Under the pieces are notes generated by a model, which saw only the letters and a program-made list of their open reading frames with translations, was not told the origin of the DNA and did no database searches. Shown here one piece after another: positions 39,311-51,929 of a DNA stretch of 64,000 nt. A program made the translations under genes and the position numbers. Source of the stretch: Raja brachyura (Eukaryota); assembly GCA_963514005.1 (NCBI GenBank), contig OY740788.1, forward strand, positions 40,486,001 through 40,550,000. Direction: 5' to 3'. The stretch's first letter is position 1; every line of letters begins with the position of its first letter.

Positions 39311-39896
39311 TTTAATGAGGTGCCAGACTGAATTTAGCAAGCTGCCTGGGACTACAGGACTATGTGGATGCATTGTTAACCCTACCTCCTATTTGTCTGC
39401 TCCAAGACAAATAAATTCCTGCACAACAATATCAGTCCTTTTGCATTTAATAAATGTATGTGTCAACTCTTTGTGCTTGCAGTTGTTGCATAACTGTTCA
39501 AAACTGAGCAGATATGTTTCATGACTCCAAAAGGGTTAAAGTGAAGATTGATTCCAGCCAGATTATAATCCTAATTGCAGTTTATTCATTGGAAATTTTG
39601 TGAATCTCATTCACTTTCAGGAGCTCTGCCAGCTGAAGACAGTTGAGCATTGAACATAATCGAGCTGCAGGGCATTCAGTTTTGTTTTAAAGTGACACAA
39701 AGAACAAAGCTTCAGTCAGTTTTATTATCATCCAGCAATGAGGTTGATGGCTACTGTAACTATGACCATATCACACAGACATTATGCAAGGTATTCAAAT
39801 GTCGTGGTTACTTCAGGATATTTCTGTAAGACTGTTCTAACAGTGACCACCATTACTGCCCTTTGTTGCTGTTAAATAATATTTCACCAGAGTACC

Positions 39897-40000
39897 TTAG
39901 TTTAGTGATACAGAGCGGAAACAGGCCCTTTGGCCCACTGAGTCCGCACCGACTAGTGTAATCGCTACCACATAATGTTTTTGCAAGGACAACCACATAT

Positions 40001-40067
<67 letters not shown>

Positions 40068-40262
40068 ATAATTTTACCAAACCAATTAGCCTCCAAACCT
40101 ACACATCTTTGGAGAGTGGGAGGAAACTGGAGCTCCCGGAGAAAACCCACGCAGATCACAGGGAAAAGTACGAACTCCGATAAGACAGCACCCGCTGTCA
40201 AGATCGAACCCGGGCCTCTGGCGCTGTAAGGCAGCAACTCTACTGCTGCACCACCGTGCCGT
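39897..40262 (-). mobile_element. HE1-like SINE containing a (CA)n expansion
   Basis: Same head, core and tail as the copies at 27060 and 52237. Confidence 0.88.
40002..40064. repeat. (CA)n microsatellite, about 31 units
   Basis: Seen directly. Confidence 0.97.
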
Positions 40263-41970
40263 GTCTGTAAGACTTTTCTAACAGTGATCATCATTGCTGC
40301 CCTTCGTTGCTGTTTAGCAGAGTATTTCCCACATGATACACTGCCACTCTTCAAAGGAACAAAAACCGCACTTATTCATTAGCCTTCTTGTGCTTAGTTC
40401 AGTTTTGAGATAACTTTGCGGTGTGTTTTATATACTCTCTCTTCATATTTATTGGTATACATCCACAATTAAAGGAGAAGTGAATGCGCAGTGGAGAAAC
40501 TTGCTGAGGGACACTGTGGTTTTGGTTTGGACAGTTTTACACATTATATTGAGTTGTTTTCGTCGATGGAAACAACCCTTTATTCACAGCATTGTAAATG
40601 ATATGTACTTTTGTCACTGCAATTCAGTAAGGAGAAATTATTTTGTTATTTTATAAAGGCATGAAGGATCACAACAATTAAAAAACAGTTTTCAATTGAT
40701 TCGCATCATTGCGCAACCCAGTTTTTCCTCACCACTGTATTTGGCAAACCCTTGAGGCACTTCAGAATCTTGCTGGATTGAAATTGATAATCTCTTGAGT
40801 TAGTAAACATGACTTTGGGCAGCATCCTGTCATGGAAGCTTTAATGGGAAAGTGGTTGGGGGGGAGGATCTCAATGAGATGTCCGTACACAGAGTTGTTT
40901 GTGACAGGTGAATATCGTGTCCCATTTATTGCATTCCCAACATTTCACTCAAATCAATTCTCCACTTTTTAGTACCCCAAGTCATATAATTATTCAGTAC
41001 AGAATAGTACATGATCCTTCATGCCCCTGCTGATTAATAAGCCTTGTCTTTACACATCACATTTACCAAGCCAACTATGTCTAGGTAATTCATGTGCTCT
41101 CCCACAGGCTTAAGCATTGTGTGCATACCTGCCTCCATCATCTTCTCCTGCAATGCATTCCAGATTGCAATCAACTGCGGAGTGACAAAAAATATTCCTT
41201 TGTTCTCCTGTAAACCTTTGACTCCTCGCCTTCAACCTATGTCTTCTGGTCTTCGATATCCATGCCATTTTATCATCAACCCAATCTACACATCTCATAA
41301 CTCCATCAGAGGGTGAGAGGCACTTGCAGGATTTTTTTTGCTGGAACTGACTGGATCTGAGGGGCCAAAAAACATTCTGGTTTATAGGCAGGCAAGATAC
41401 AATGCAACTTGGAGAGGACTTGCAACTGTTGGTGGTGGTGGCCTCATGCTCTTTCTTCAACATTATTCTGGATCATAAAGATTGCATGATTGTGAGGTCA
41501 CTTTAAGATTAGCCTGGTGAATACCTGCAGTGCATTCTGTAGAGGGTACCCACTGAAGGTACTGTGCATCGCAGATGGTGGCATGTTCACCGTGTTGTTT
41601 AAGACCCTAGTCAAGTGCAGTGCTTTGGTGTGAATAGTGCTGAGTTTCTTGTGCGTTGTTGGAGCAGGTAGAGGATATTCCATCATACTCCTAAATTATG
41701 TCATACAGGTGGTAGAAAGGTGTGGTACTGTTAGGAAGTGACTCATTCACCACAGGATACATAGGCAATGACCTGTTATGATATTCATTGTAATTATTTG
41801 GCCCATCCAGAGTATTGAAGCTTGCTGCATTGATGACAGTCATATGATGGTAGGTTTTTTGGAGAATCATCTGAATGTCAGCAGATAATATGTTAAGGAC
41901 AGTAAGACACTCGTGGTATTCATGTGGAGTTGGAATGGATGCATTGAAATATGTATAACTATTAAGCATA

Positions 41971-43536
41971 ATAGTTCTGCAGTATATTTCACGCTTTTTA
42001 TCAATCTGTATCCTGCCCTAATTACAGAACTGCAGACCATTAGACTATCATAAACCTTTTACATTAATGCATGGCTTAAGACCAAAATGTTATTCATTCT
42101 TGCTTTTAATACCTGCTTCCTTCCCATTCCAACTCGTATTGAATGGATCCGAGGGCCGAATGGCCTGTTTCCATGATGTATCTTTAAAGACTGGTGATCG
42201 TTTGTACATGGCACAAGTATGGCAGACATCATCAGCTTTCCTGGCACATTTCCCTGTGGTGTGTTGAATAGCTCCTCGTGAGTCCAGCAGAGTCATGAAT
42301 AGTAGTGTAGACCAAATGAGTCCTGCAATCGGCCAACTCCAGCCCAAAGTTTACAGAAAGCCTTGCTTCTACTACTAGCTCTCTGAGGGGGCAACGTATC
42401 TAGAGGTCAATGTGTTTAGTTTAGCATCATGTTCGTCACAGACCACGTGGGCAGAAGGGCCTGCTCCTTTGCTATATGGTTCTGTGCTATACTTGTTTTT
42501 ATTGTAGATGGCACCCACTCTGTGCAAGGATCCTGATCTGTCTTTCACTAAACAATATCCACTCAGATCCACTTGCATATGCTTGCCAGATAACTCTCTC
42601 TCCCAAGTTCCTAACCAATTCTCATTCAAACATTACATTTAAATTTATATTTACCATTACACAACCCCTGTTCTGGTAGGAAAATATTCCCTTTTTTAAT
42701 CAATCAACTTAAATCTGTGTCCTTGACCCTTCTGTCCAAAGCAACAGATTCCCTTTATTCACTTTGGCTTGGCCCTTGATTGAATTCTTTTACTGATTTA
42801 CCTGTTGGCCTTCTTGGTGAAAAGGAGAACAGATCATGTCTATTGACGGTACTGAGTCATTCATTCCTGGATCATTCTTCCAAATCTATTTTTCCGCTAA
42901 CTCTTGAGTCTTCTCATCTTCCATTCTGCACAGTGACCCGAATTGTGCACAATACTCTAGTGCACAAAACCAGTATTTTGTTTCAGCCTAACTACCATGC
43001 TTTTATATTCTCTGCCAATCACTGAGTGTTACTTGGTTCTAATCACTTTCTCAGTCTTTTCTGCCACTTCCACATATTTATACGCATTGTTAAATTTTAG
43101 AATAGTTGTGGTGCAAGCCCAACCTGGTGGGAGAAAGCTTCAGAACCAGTTTATTCATTTATCACGAGAATGATACATCAATGTTAAACAAAGCAGACAG
43201 ACAATCCAAACAAGTACAGCATTAACAGATCAGGTCAGACCAAACAACAGGCAGTGGTGCACCTCTTGACCACCCTGACTTCTTCTAACCTGCTGGTTGA
43301 TTCATTCTTCGCTTTCATTAAAAGCCCAGACAAATGCTGAAATATTTACACCTCTCAACATTATAGTTCTGCAGTATACTGCGCCCTTTTGATCAATCTG
43401 TATCCTGTCTTAATTATAGACCTGCAGACTATTAGACTACCATAAACCTTTAAAATTCATGCTTGGCTGAATAACAAGATGCTAATCATTCTTCTTGCTT
43501 TAAATACCTGCTACCCTCGCATTCCAATTTGTATTG
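41971..43536 (+). repeat. Diverged direct repeat pair of about 170 bp (41971-42141 and 43363-43536)
   Basis: Both copies read ATAGTTCTGCAGTATA..ATCAATCTGTATCCTG..ATTAGACTA.CATAAACCTTT..AATACCTGCT..CATTCCAA...GTATTG. Confidence 0.85.
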
Positions 43537-45207
43537 TAAAACTTATCAAAACTCTTCTTGTGAACAGAATGTCTTGAGAATGACACCCTCTATCTCTTAC
43601 TTTATGGTCCAATGATTTTCTTTTCATGTGAAATATTCCATGTTCACCCTGGCTTCCTCATTCTTTTATTCACTGTGATTTGCTTACTGGTATAGTTATT
43701 TGCACTTGCTGCCATATATGCATAATTACTTTGGGGCCAGGAAAGCAATTTATATCTCCTAGCTCATATTCTCCCTTGTGAACAACTGTTGTTTGTTTCT
43801 GGGACTGAGGTATATTATTAAAGTTTAGAAGCTTAGAAGCTGTTGCCTAGTTTTCGCTAGCTCCTAAGTTGGTTTCTATGTGGCCAGATCGGTCTATGAC
43901 ATGGATTCCAGCAAACTTTTGTAGCGCAAGTCGAGTGGTGAGCATGGCTTATAATTATTGGCAGGGACCTTAACGTACATCATAGGGACCTCATTAGTCC
44001 TAGTATTCACAGGGAGGATGATGCATTGTATTTTTAAATTGAGGGAAAAGTGTCTTGGCTACCCAATCAGGTGAAGCTAAATGTATAACAATCCCTCTAC
44101 TGATAGTATAATGAACTTCACTCTATGTCCTACCTTCAGTGTCTCTTTCCTCTAACCTGCTTTGCTTCAAACATTTTTGAACAGATTATCAGGTTCACAT
44201 CAATTGCTTCAATAACTAGATTCCTTAACATGTTTTTGTTACATGCACCACACCGAAGTGTTCCAAACCAAAATTCAAGAACTGCAAACATGATCAAAAT
44301 AACGTTGCAACATTCCCTCCCTGACCTCTCTCTGATCACTTCAGTATAGATCACTTCAGCTTGCTTCACTGTAATTTTAATTCCCTGAGCCTTTGAGACT
44401 ATCCCCATCTTGCTGCTGGTTTTTCTCTTGTATTTGTCCTCAGACAATGGACTGTACACATGTGGTCACACTCCAAATAAACACCAAACATTACTCTTTG
44501 ATCTCCTCCAAATATAATGGAGTGCCTGACAATCTATCTTCAATTCCCTGCTAGTTATGGACTATAATGACCGAAGCCACCAAATATCATCTACCATCAC
44601 GCTGTAAAGTTACACTATTTTAGGTTTGGCTCAGATTGGGGCTAAAATAATTCTTGGCTTCATTGGTCACGGTTTTTTGGCAAGTGGACTTCTTCTGGCT
44701 GGGGTGGTTGGGGAGAGTTCGTATTTACTTAATAATATATAGAACTTCTGTGTGTAAACCAAAGTTAATTGCATCCTCGACCATTAATCATTTGCAATGT
44801 ACTGTGTAGATGTAGTCATTTTACTAGGCTGTTTGGAACGTCTTTTTTTGGTTATTCTGACATTTAATTTCGGTGGCATCAGCAATTCCTTTAAGTGTGT
44901 GTGTGTATATAATAAAGTGCTTCTATGACTGACAAGTAATAACTATATGAACAGCATATGAAATATTAAGCCTAACAGATTCAGCAAATTATATGTTTGC
45001 CAAATTTTGAGTCATCAAATATTTCAGCACTTGTTCTATATTCTAGAAGTAAGTGTTTTCTTATCATTGTGCATGATTTTATTCCAAAAATTCAGCCTCG
45101 TTTTCTTACCCATCCACTGTACTTCTCATTCTCTCCCTACCGACCCCCTGTTTCTCTACTTACCATTCACCCCCAGCACTTGCCTCCATTAGTACCCCTA
45201 TCTGTCA

Positions 45208-45570
45208 GTGATCTTGTGGAGGTTTATGAAATCATGAGGTGAATTGATAGAGGGAATACACAGTCATTCATCCAGAGTAGGAGAATCAACAACCAGAGGG
45301 CATAGGTTCAAGGTGAGAGGGGAAAGATTTAATAGGAACCTGAGGGTCAACGTTTTCACTCATAGGTTGGTGGGTATATGAAACGAGCTGCCGGAGATGG
45401 TAGTTGATGCAGGCACTACAACGACATTTAAAAAACATTTGGGCAGGTTTGTGGGTAGGAAAGGTTTAGAGGGATATGGGCCAAACATGGGCAAGTGGGA
45501 TCAGCATAGATGGGGTATGATGGTCGGCATATACAAGTTGGGCCAAAGGGCCTGTTTACGTCCTGTGTCC
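45208..45570 (+). mobile_element. CR1 LINE 3' fragment
   Basis: DLVEVYEIMR..RGHRFKV.. and tail GGGCCAAAGGGCCTGTTT. Confidence 0.8.
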
Positions 45571-45645
45571 TTTCATTCTTTATCTCCACGATTACTTGCA
45601 CACACTCACTGATACTCAGATTGGGAGCTTTACTGTAGGAATGCA

Positions 45646-46166
45646 GAATATGCAGGTGCAGCAGACAGTGAAGAAAGCGAATGGTATGTTAGCATTCATA
45701 GCAAAAGGATTTGAGTATAAGAGCAGGGAGGTTCTACTGCTGTTGTACAGGGTCTTGATGAGGCCACACCTGGAGTATTGCGTACAGTTTTGGTCTCCTA
45801 ATCTGAGGAAAGACATTCTTGTCATAGAGGGAGTACAGAGAAGGTTCACCAAACTGTTTCCTGGGATGGCAGGACTTTCATATGAAGAAAGACTGGATAG
45901 ACTCGGCTTGTACGCGCTAGAATTTAGAAGATTGAGGGGGGATCTAATAGAGACTTACAAAATTCTTAAGGGGTTGGACAGGCTAGATGCAGGAAGATTG
46001 TTCCCAATGTTGGGGAAGTCCAGAAGGGATCAGGGGGTATGGAGAGAAGACAGGTACAGAATACTGAGTTGGATGATCAGCCATGATCATATTGAATGGC
46101 GGTGCAGGCTCGAAGGGCTGAATGGCCTACTCCTGCACCTATTTTCTATGTTTCTATGTATCTATG
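45646..46166 (+). mobile_element. CR1 LINE 3' fragment, same subfamily as 29800-31411
   Basis: KKANGMLAFI..RPHLEYCVQFWSP..IEGVQRRFTK..RRLRGDLIETYKILKG. The tail is nearly identical to 31277-31411. Confidence 0.92.
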
Positions 46167-46397
46167 TAATATAATTTATAGCAGGCTATTATATATTTGC
46201 ATCTGGACAGGATTCGCTGATTATTTTTCTCGCGCGTGCGTGTTATATATATTAATATAGGGCAGATATGAAGATGGCATTGCAATAGTTTAGTTTATTG
46301 TCACGTGTACCGAGGTACAGTGAAAAGCTTTTGTTGCATAATATATACCTAGGTCATTTGCAATGATGCAGAGCCATGGTGTTTGTTGCAATGAATC

Positions 46398-47065
46398 GGA
46401 ATCATAATCAGAATCACACTTTATTCGCCAAGTATGTTTTGCAACATACGAGGAATTTCATTGGCCAGGTCAGTCATACAATTAAAAGCATCAGATCACT
46501 CAAAAACACATTTTCCCTTAGTTCTTCCTTGGTCGTGTGCCTCGAGCATCCATTGATGGGATAATCTTGACTTCTGTAGCCGGCGGCGTTCGAGCCCTCT
46601 GCATCGAGGCAATCAGCCCCCGCATCAGGGGGGTGTCAGCTCCCCCGCACCGCGTGATCGAACCTCGCGTCGGAGCTGGTCGGACCTTCCACGACATTGG
46701 AGCTTCCTGACTAGCCTCTCCTGACTCCGAGCTTGATGGTAAAGTCCGCAGTGGCCGTGGTGGGAACGATCCCAGGCAAGATATCAGCTCCGATGTTAAG
46801 TCTGCACCCCGCGATAGGGCTCAAAGTCAGTCCGAGGAGGCTTCCAGCTCCATCGATGGAAGCTCGCAGAGCCCGGAGAATGTGTTCCGAAAATTAATCA
46901 CATCTCCGGCAAGGTAACTTCAAGGAACTTGAAAAAAATAGTTTCCACCAATCCCCTCCCCCACATAAAACAAACCGAAGAACATTAAAACAAACTTTTA
47001 ACACACTAAAAAAAACAAAAGAATGAAAAGACGAACAGACTGCCGGCAGGGCAGCTGGCGCCCCT
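46398..47065 (-). mobile_element. GC-rich non-autonomous retroelement with a LINE-derived tail
   Basis: Begins with the reverse-complement tail AATCATAATC..CTTTATT (AATAAA on the minus strand). CpG-rich body, no coding capacity. Confidence 0.5.
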
Positions 47066-47476
47066 GGTGGTCTATAGCTTTACTTTAACTACCAAACTGT
47101 CATTACTTTCAATGGCTGTACCTTGGAATATAACAGTTCAGCAGAGGTTTGTTGGGTTAGTGGGATGGCATCTTACCTCAGGCATTGAATACACATTTGG
47201 CCTGCTTTGCTGTGTGCTGCAAACGTTTCTTCTGCTTCTAATTTTGAAAGGTTTGATGGATTGCTGTGATCTTTGAATGATGCTTCTGTGCCATATTAAC
47301 ATAGAAACATTATTTGTAAATGTATGGTGTTTGTGTCTTTGGATACCATGTACCTAACCCTATAGATGACTCCATTTATTATTTGTGAAGTCGCCGAGGT
47401 TTTGTGATTGGACTTTTGCCTCCCTCAGTTGCTGTAATGAAAAGATTGTCCCTTCTAATGCTCTATTGCAGTATTC

Positions 47477-47719
47477 TAAGATGGCGCCCAAGCCAGGTGA
47501 CCCTCTGCCTGCTGGTCCCAGAAGTGGATCTGCCATAATTCATGACAATCGCTCCACTCTTTTAAAACTCTACTCCACCAGCAGGTTCCCTTTATCCCGT
47601 ATCTCTGTACACTGTGGACGGCAAGACTGTACTAATCACGTATAGTCTTTCTGTTGACTGTAAAGCATGCAACAAAAGCTTTTCACTGTCCTCGGTACAC
47701 GTGACAATAAACTAAACTA
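47477..47719 (+). mobile_element. Short non-autonomous retroelement with a Rex/Babar-like 3' tail
   Basis: Starts CTAAGATGGCGCC and ends GCTTTTCACTGT..CTCGGTACACGTGACAATAAACTAAAC. Confidence 0.6.
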
Positions 47720-48681
47720 TTGCAATACCATCTTCAACTCTGACCTACCCTTCTAACAAAAATAAACAAAAAAAAACTCTGACCTACCCCTTGGCTCTTA
47801 TAAAACGTGTTCTCAAGTCAGCAGATGATCAAGTGGCAGTCACAAATCAAAAAAAAACCCATCTCTTCCTTTCAAATGATTTATTGGTTAGTTTGGATGT
47901 TGCCTCTGTTACTGTTCCCCACAAGAAGCAGCCACTTAACAAAGATGAACACTGGCAGGAGAGCTCGGCCGGCAGTAGCTTCTCCCTTGCTTTGACCTAC
48001 CCCAAAGCCTTCATAATTAATCGTCCTTCAGAGATGGGAAGAAGTTCAAAGGCGGAATGTGGTGATGTCTATTGTCTGACATTCAGTTCCCCTCACCCAC
48101 AGCTTTGTCAGCTTAGTTCTTTTTTTCATTCCAGAGAGGGTTATCAATTTTAGCAAAGACTGGGCTCTTCAAACAACTGCTGGGGGTCACAGCCTATGGT
48201 GAAACATGTATTCCCACCAACAATAACGTTGAGATGCAGAAACCAATAGATCAAAAGCAAAGGTGTGAGGGATTTCAGTGAGCAAGCTGAGTAAAAAGGA
48301 AACCTATACTGACAAAGCGCAAATTATTCCGTGAATAACCTTTTGAGTTTTTATGCCTACATGTAATAGACCTTTCAAATTCTACATGACACAGATTAGT
48401 GCTTTCTAAATGTCACACAAATAATCAATCAAAGAGAACTTCTTAAGGTATTTTTCAATATTCTTTTATCCGTTTTGCGTTAAGGTTACCAATGTTATTT
48501 GGAGCTGCAGCTACTAACCTAAGACAGCAAATGGCCTGCTGCAGAGGGCAGCTCATAGGAGCATCGTTGCATTGTATTGTATTCATTCTGACCACAGACT
48601 GGATGCAGTAATAACAGTTGTTTACAATCAGCATATTCTGCTGTTTTTTGTCATTAGTTGACAATGTTCTGGTACTATTGG

Positions 48682-48859
48682 TATCTCTCACCTCGCTCTC
48701 CCTTGTCTCTCACCTCACTCACTCCCTCTCTTGCCTCTCACTTTCTCTCTCTCACCTCACTTTCTCATCTCACTTTCTCTCTCACCTCACTTTCTCTCTC
48801 TCACCTCACTTTCTCTCTCTCACCTCACTTTCTCTCTCTCACCTCACTTTCTCTCTCTC

Positions 48860-48901
<42 letters not shown>

Positions 48902-49010
48902 TCTCTCTCTCTCTCTCTCTCACCTCACTTTCTCTCCCCCTCCCCCCTTCACGCCCCTCTGTCTCTCTCTCTCTCTCTATGTCTTTCTCTCACTCTCTCT
49001 CTATCATGCC
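48682..49010. repeat. CT-rich micro/minisatellite, units of (CT)nCACCTCACTTT
   Basis: Seen directly. It is the source of the spurious SL/SH ORFs. Confidence 0.92.
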
Positions 49011-50058
49011 TCAGTCTCTTGCCTCAGTGTCTTGCTTTCTTTCTCCCCCATTCTCATCTTCACCACCAACATTTTCATCGGGAATTGGATAAATACCTAA
49101 AGGCAAAAATAAATTGCAGAGTTACAGGGAAAGGGCAGGGGAATTTGACTAATTGGATAGCCATTTCAAAGGGGTTGGCAGAGCTGTGATGGTCAAAGTG
49201 CTCCCTTTTAGTTTTCTATGAACTAACTGCTACAAAGTTATCACAATGAAAATAATTGGTAAAATAAAATAATTCATCTAGTACTGTGTGATATGTTTTG
49301 AATTGTGTTAGTGCTCAAAACTTCTCCATGTAGTATCCATCATTTTGTTTCCATAGGCTACAGATTTTTGGACCCTTCTCAGCTTTCAAAATCGTATTTT
49401 TCAAATTATTACTGAAATATATCTGTGTTCTTTTGGAACATTTTTCTATTATAAGTGTCAAGATAAAGCTCTTATTGTGGTTCTCCCTCCTCATTCTAAC
49501 AACGTTCCATGCAATGAAAACTTGTGGGCCAGTATAAGTTGCTTTGAACATGTGGCATTGGATTTGAGGTGAGATCAATTTTGGCGAGTGTATACTCTTC
49601 TTCTTATCGAGTCCACACACAAGATTAGAAGTTGTTCAGCCAGAGCTGAACACACTTCTCGGCATCTGCATACAATGGTGTCTGTCTTGTTGCTTCTTGT
49701 GCATGGGTGTGGAAAGATTGGTGGAAACAGGGTTGTGACGTGAACGCTCTTTCCTTGACCCCAGTGTATACTCTGAGCAAAGCAAAAGGGTTCCTTGAAG
49801 ATCTTCACAATGCTTGCTTTGGTGTGCCTTGGTATTACATTTACATGTAATAAATGTAATACCAAGGCGCACCAAAACATTTACATTTGCTCATAGTTGG
49901 ATTCCCATCTTTCACAACGTTGCAGATACAAAATCAAGATGTGTCAATGCTCAGGCCAGACTGAAGCCACCATTTTGGAGATGTCCAGTGCTATAATTTC
50001 TGCGCTAAAAACATTAATTTCTTATTATTTTAACATGCAGAGAGGACACAGGATAATA

Positions 50059-51067
50059 TAGCAATGTTACAAACTTTTGAGATTTAAAAAATCAAGTCTA
50101 CAATTTATCCCATCAGATAAAGCATAAAAATAAGTTTAATTTGACACCTAATTCACTTTCATATCTTCAGCATTAAGAAAGTTATGACCATTTTCTTACT
50201 CCGAAATTAGCATCTTGTTCCCCATTGCCTTTCAATTGACTTAACTCAAAAGCTGTGATCTAGAACAGTCAAAAGCCCATAACTTTCTTAAAAATTAAGA
50301 GAACTCAATGAAATTTTCAGTTATTACAGATTGAAGCATTCTGAAACAAATATGAAACAATCTTACTTGGATGACCTGAAATTAAAGCATATAATTAGTT
50401 AGTTATCTAATTGTAGCTAATTACAAAATTCAATGAGTAGATCTAAACATCTATCCATTTCTTAAGAAAATATAAAACTTTTTTAAAATTGCCTAAGTGT
50501 CCAAATAACATTCACACAATAATCCACAATATAACCTCATTTTTAAATCTCATTTTCATGAATTTATAGGCCAAATGGAAGGAATTTAGTGTTTAATGCC
50601 TGTAAATTAATGGCCATTTAAATCAACTAGCGAGTGGGTTTTAGTGGAATGCGGTGGATTGGAACGTTGCAGTTTACGGTGAAGTCGGGAGGAAAAATAC
50701 TGTTTGTTCATACATTTTTTTGGACCCCATTTCGCAACTTGAAAATATGATTAAAGCCTCCATAAAAACCAACTTTTAATATAAAAATAAACTGTATACC
50801 TTTTTTTTCTCCCCTACGCAAAATCCTTCCCGTTGTCGGCGCTCACAGCTTTTGAAGGTGATTTTTAAACTACTCTAGTTAATAAATAATCTAGCATAAT
50901 TTAAAAATGCCTTCATGAATGAAATGTCGGAACGATTTTTCTTCCGCAACATTGATCGATTTTCCCTGTCTGTAAAAAAATGGCACATTAAGCCTGCCCC
51001 CCTCTGAAAGGCGCCAAAGTCACGCACACGGGCAGCACTGCTCAAGGTAAGTTTTGTTACATTGCCA
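50059..51067. mobile_element. Non-autonomous DNA transposon, about 1.0 kb
   Basis: Imperfect TIRs TAGCAATGTTACAAA and TTTGTTACATTGCCA (13/15). Direct repeat GATAATA at 50052-58 and 51068-74. Confidence 0.75.
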
Positions 51068-51159
51068 GATAATAGTTGTCTATTAAAATAATGTGATGCT
51101 TAATCATGTTTGGGGATTATTTTTGGAAAATAATTCGATAATGTTAATTCTGACAACTC

Positions 51160-51420
51160 ATATAGGTTTAAGGTGAAGGGAAAAAGATTTAATAGGGAAC
51201 TGAAGGGTAACGTTTCAACACAAAAGGTGGTGGGTGTATGCAATAAGCTGCCAGATGAGGTAGTTGAGGCAGGGACTATCGCAACGTTTAAGAAACAATT
51301 AGACAGGTACATGGATAGGACGGGTTTCAAGGGATATGGGAAAAACGCAGTGCAACTGGGACATGATGGGTGGTGTGGGCAAGATGGGCCCAAGGGCCTG
51401 TTTCCACACTGTATGACTCT
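51160..51420 (+). mobile_element. CR1 LINE 3' fragment
   Basis: TQKVVGVCNKLPDEVVEAGTIATFKKQLDRYM followed by the tail. Confidence 0.82.
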
Positions 51421-51929
51421 GACTAAATGCAAAATCAAGGCCTGACATAGCCACCATGACCTCAAATCATATTAATTCCCTAAAGAGTATTGTGGCAATG
51501 AATTGTACATGAAACATTTCTTGAATCATTTGTATTGGTGCTATAAAATGCTTCACCCAACTATAAACACAACTAGAGCATTAAAAGAAAATGGTTACCA
51601 TGGTCTATTGTGGCTGTGAATGGTCTTGGAATCTGCCAGTTGCCAGCTTTTAGTTTTAGATTTTTCATTTTATGGTATCAGTCTATATATTATGGTTTTT
51701 TTCAATGATTGGTGAAAATGGTTATAGGTATGCTGAGTGCATTCATTCATAATATAAAGGTGTTGATATTCTCACGCTAGAATTACACCAATTCTTTCAA
51801 TGGAAATCAGCATGTAACAGGTCTATTTGAGGGAAACAATTGTAGATGCATGTTTCACTTGCATATCGTTTGCGCTTGGGATTGCTTTCCCCCCCCCCCC
51901 CCCCCCCAAGTTCCCATATTTTAGAATGA

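Noticed and set aside
48618-49189. Overlapping S/L/H-rich ORFs (also 55428-55975 and 39853-40354)
   Set aside because: Translations of simple repeats.
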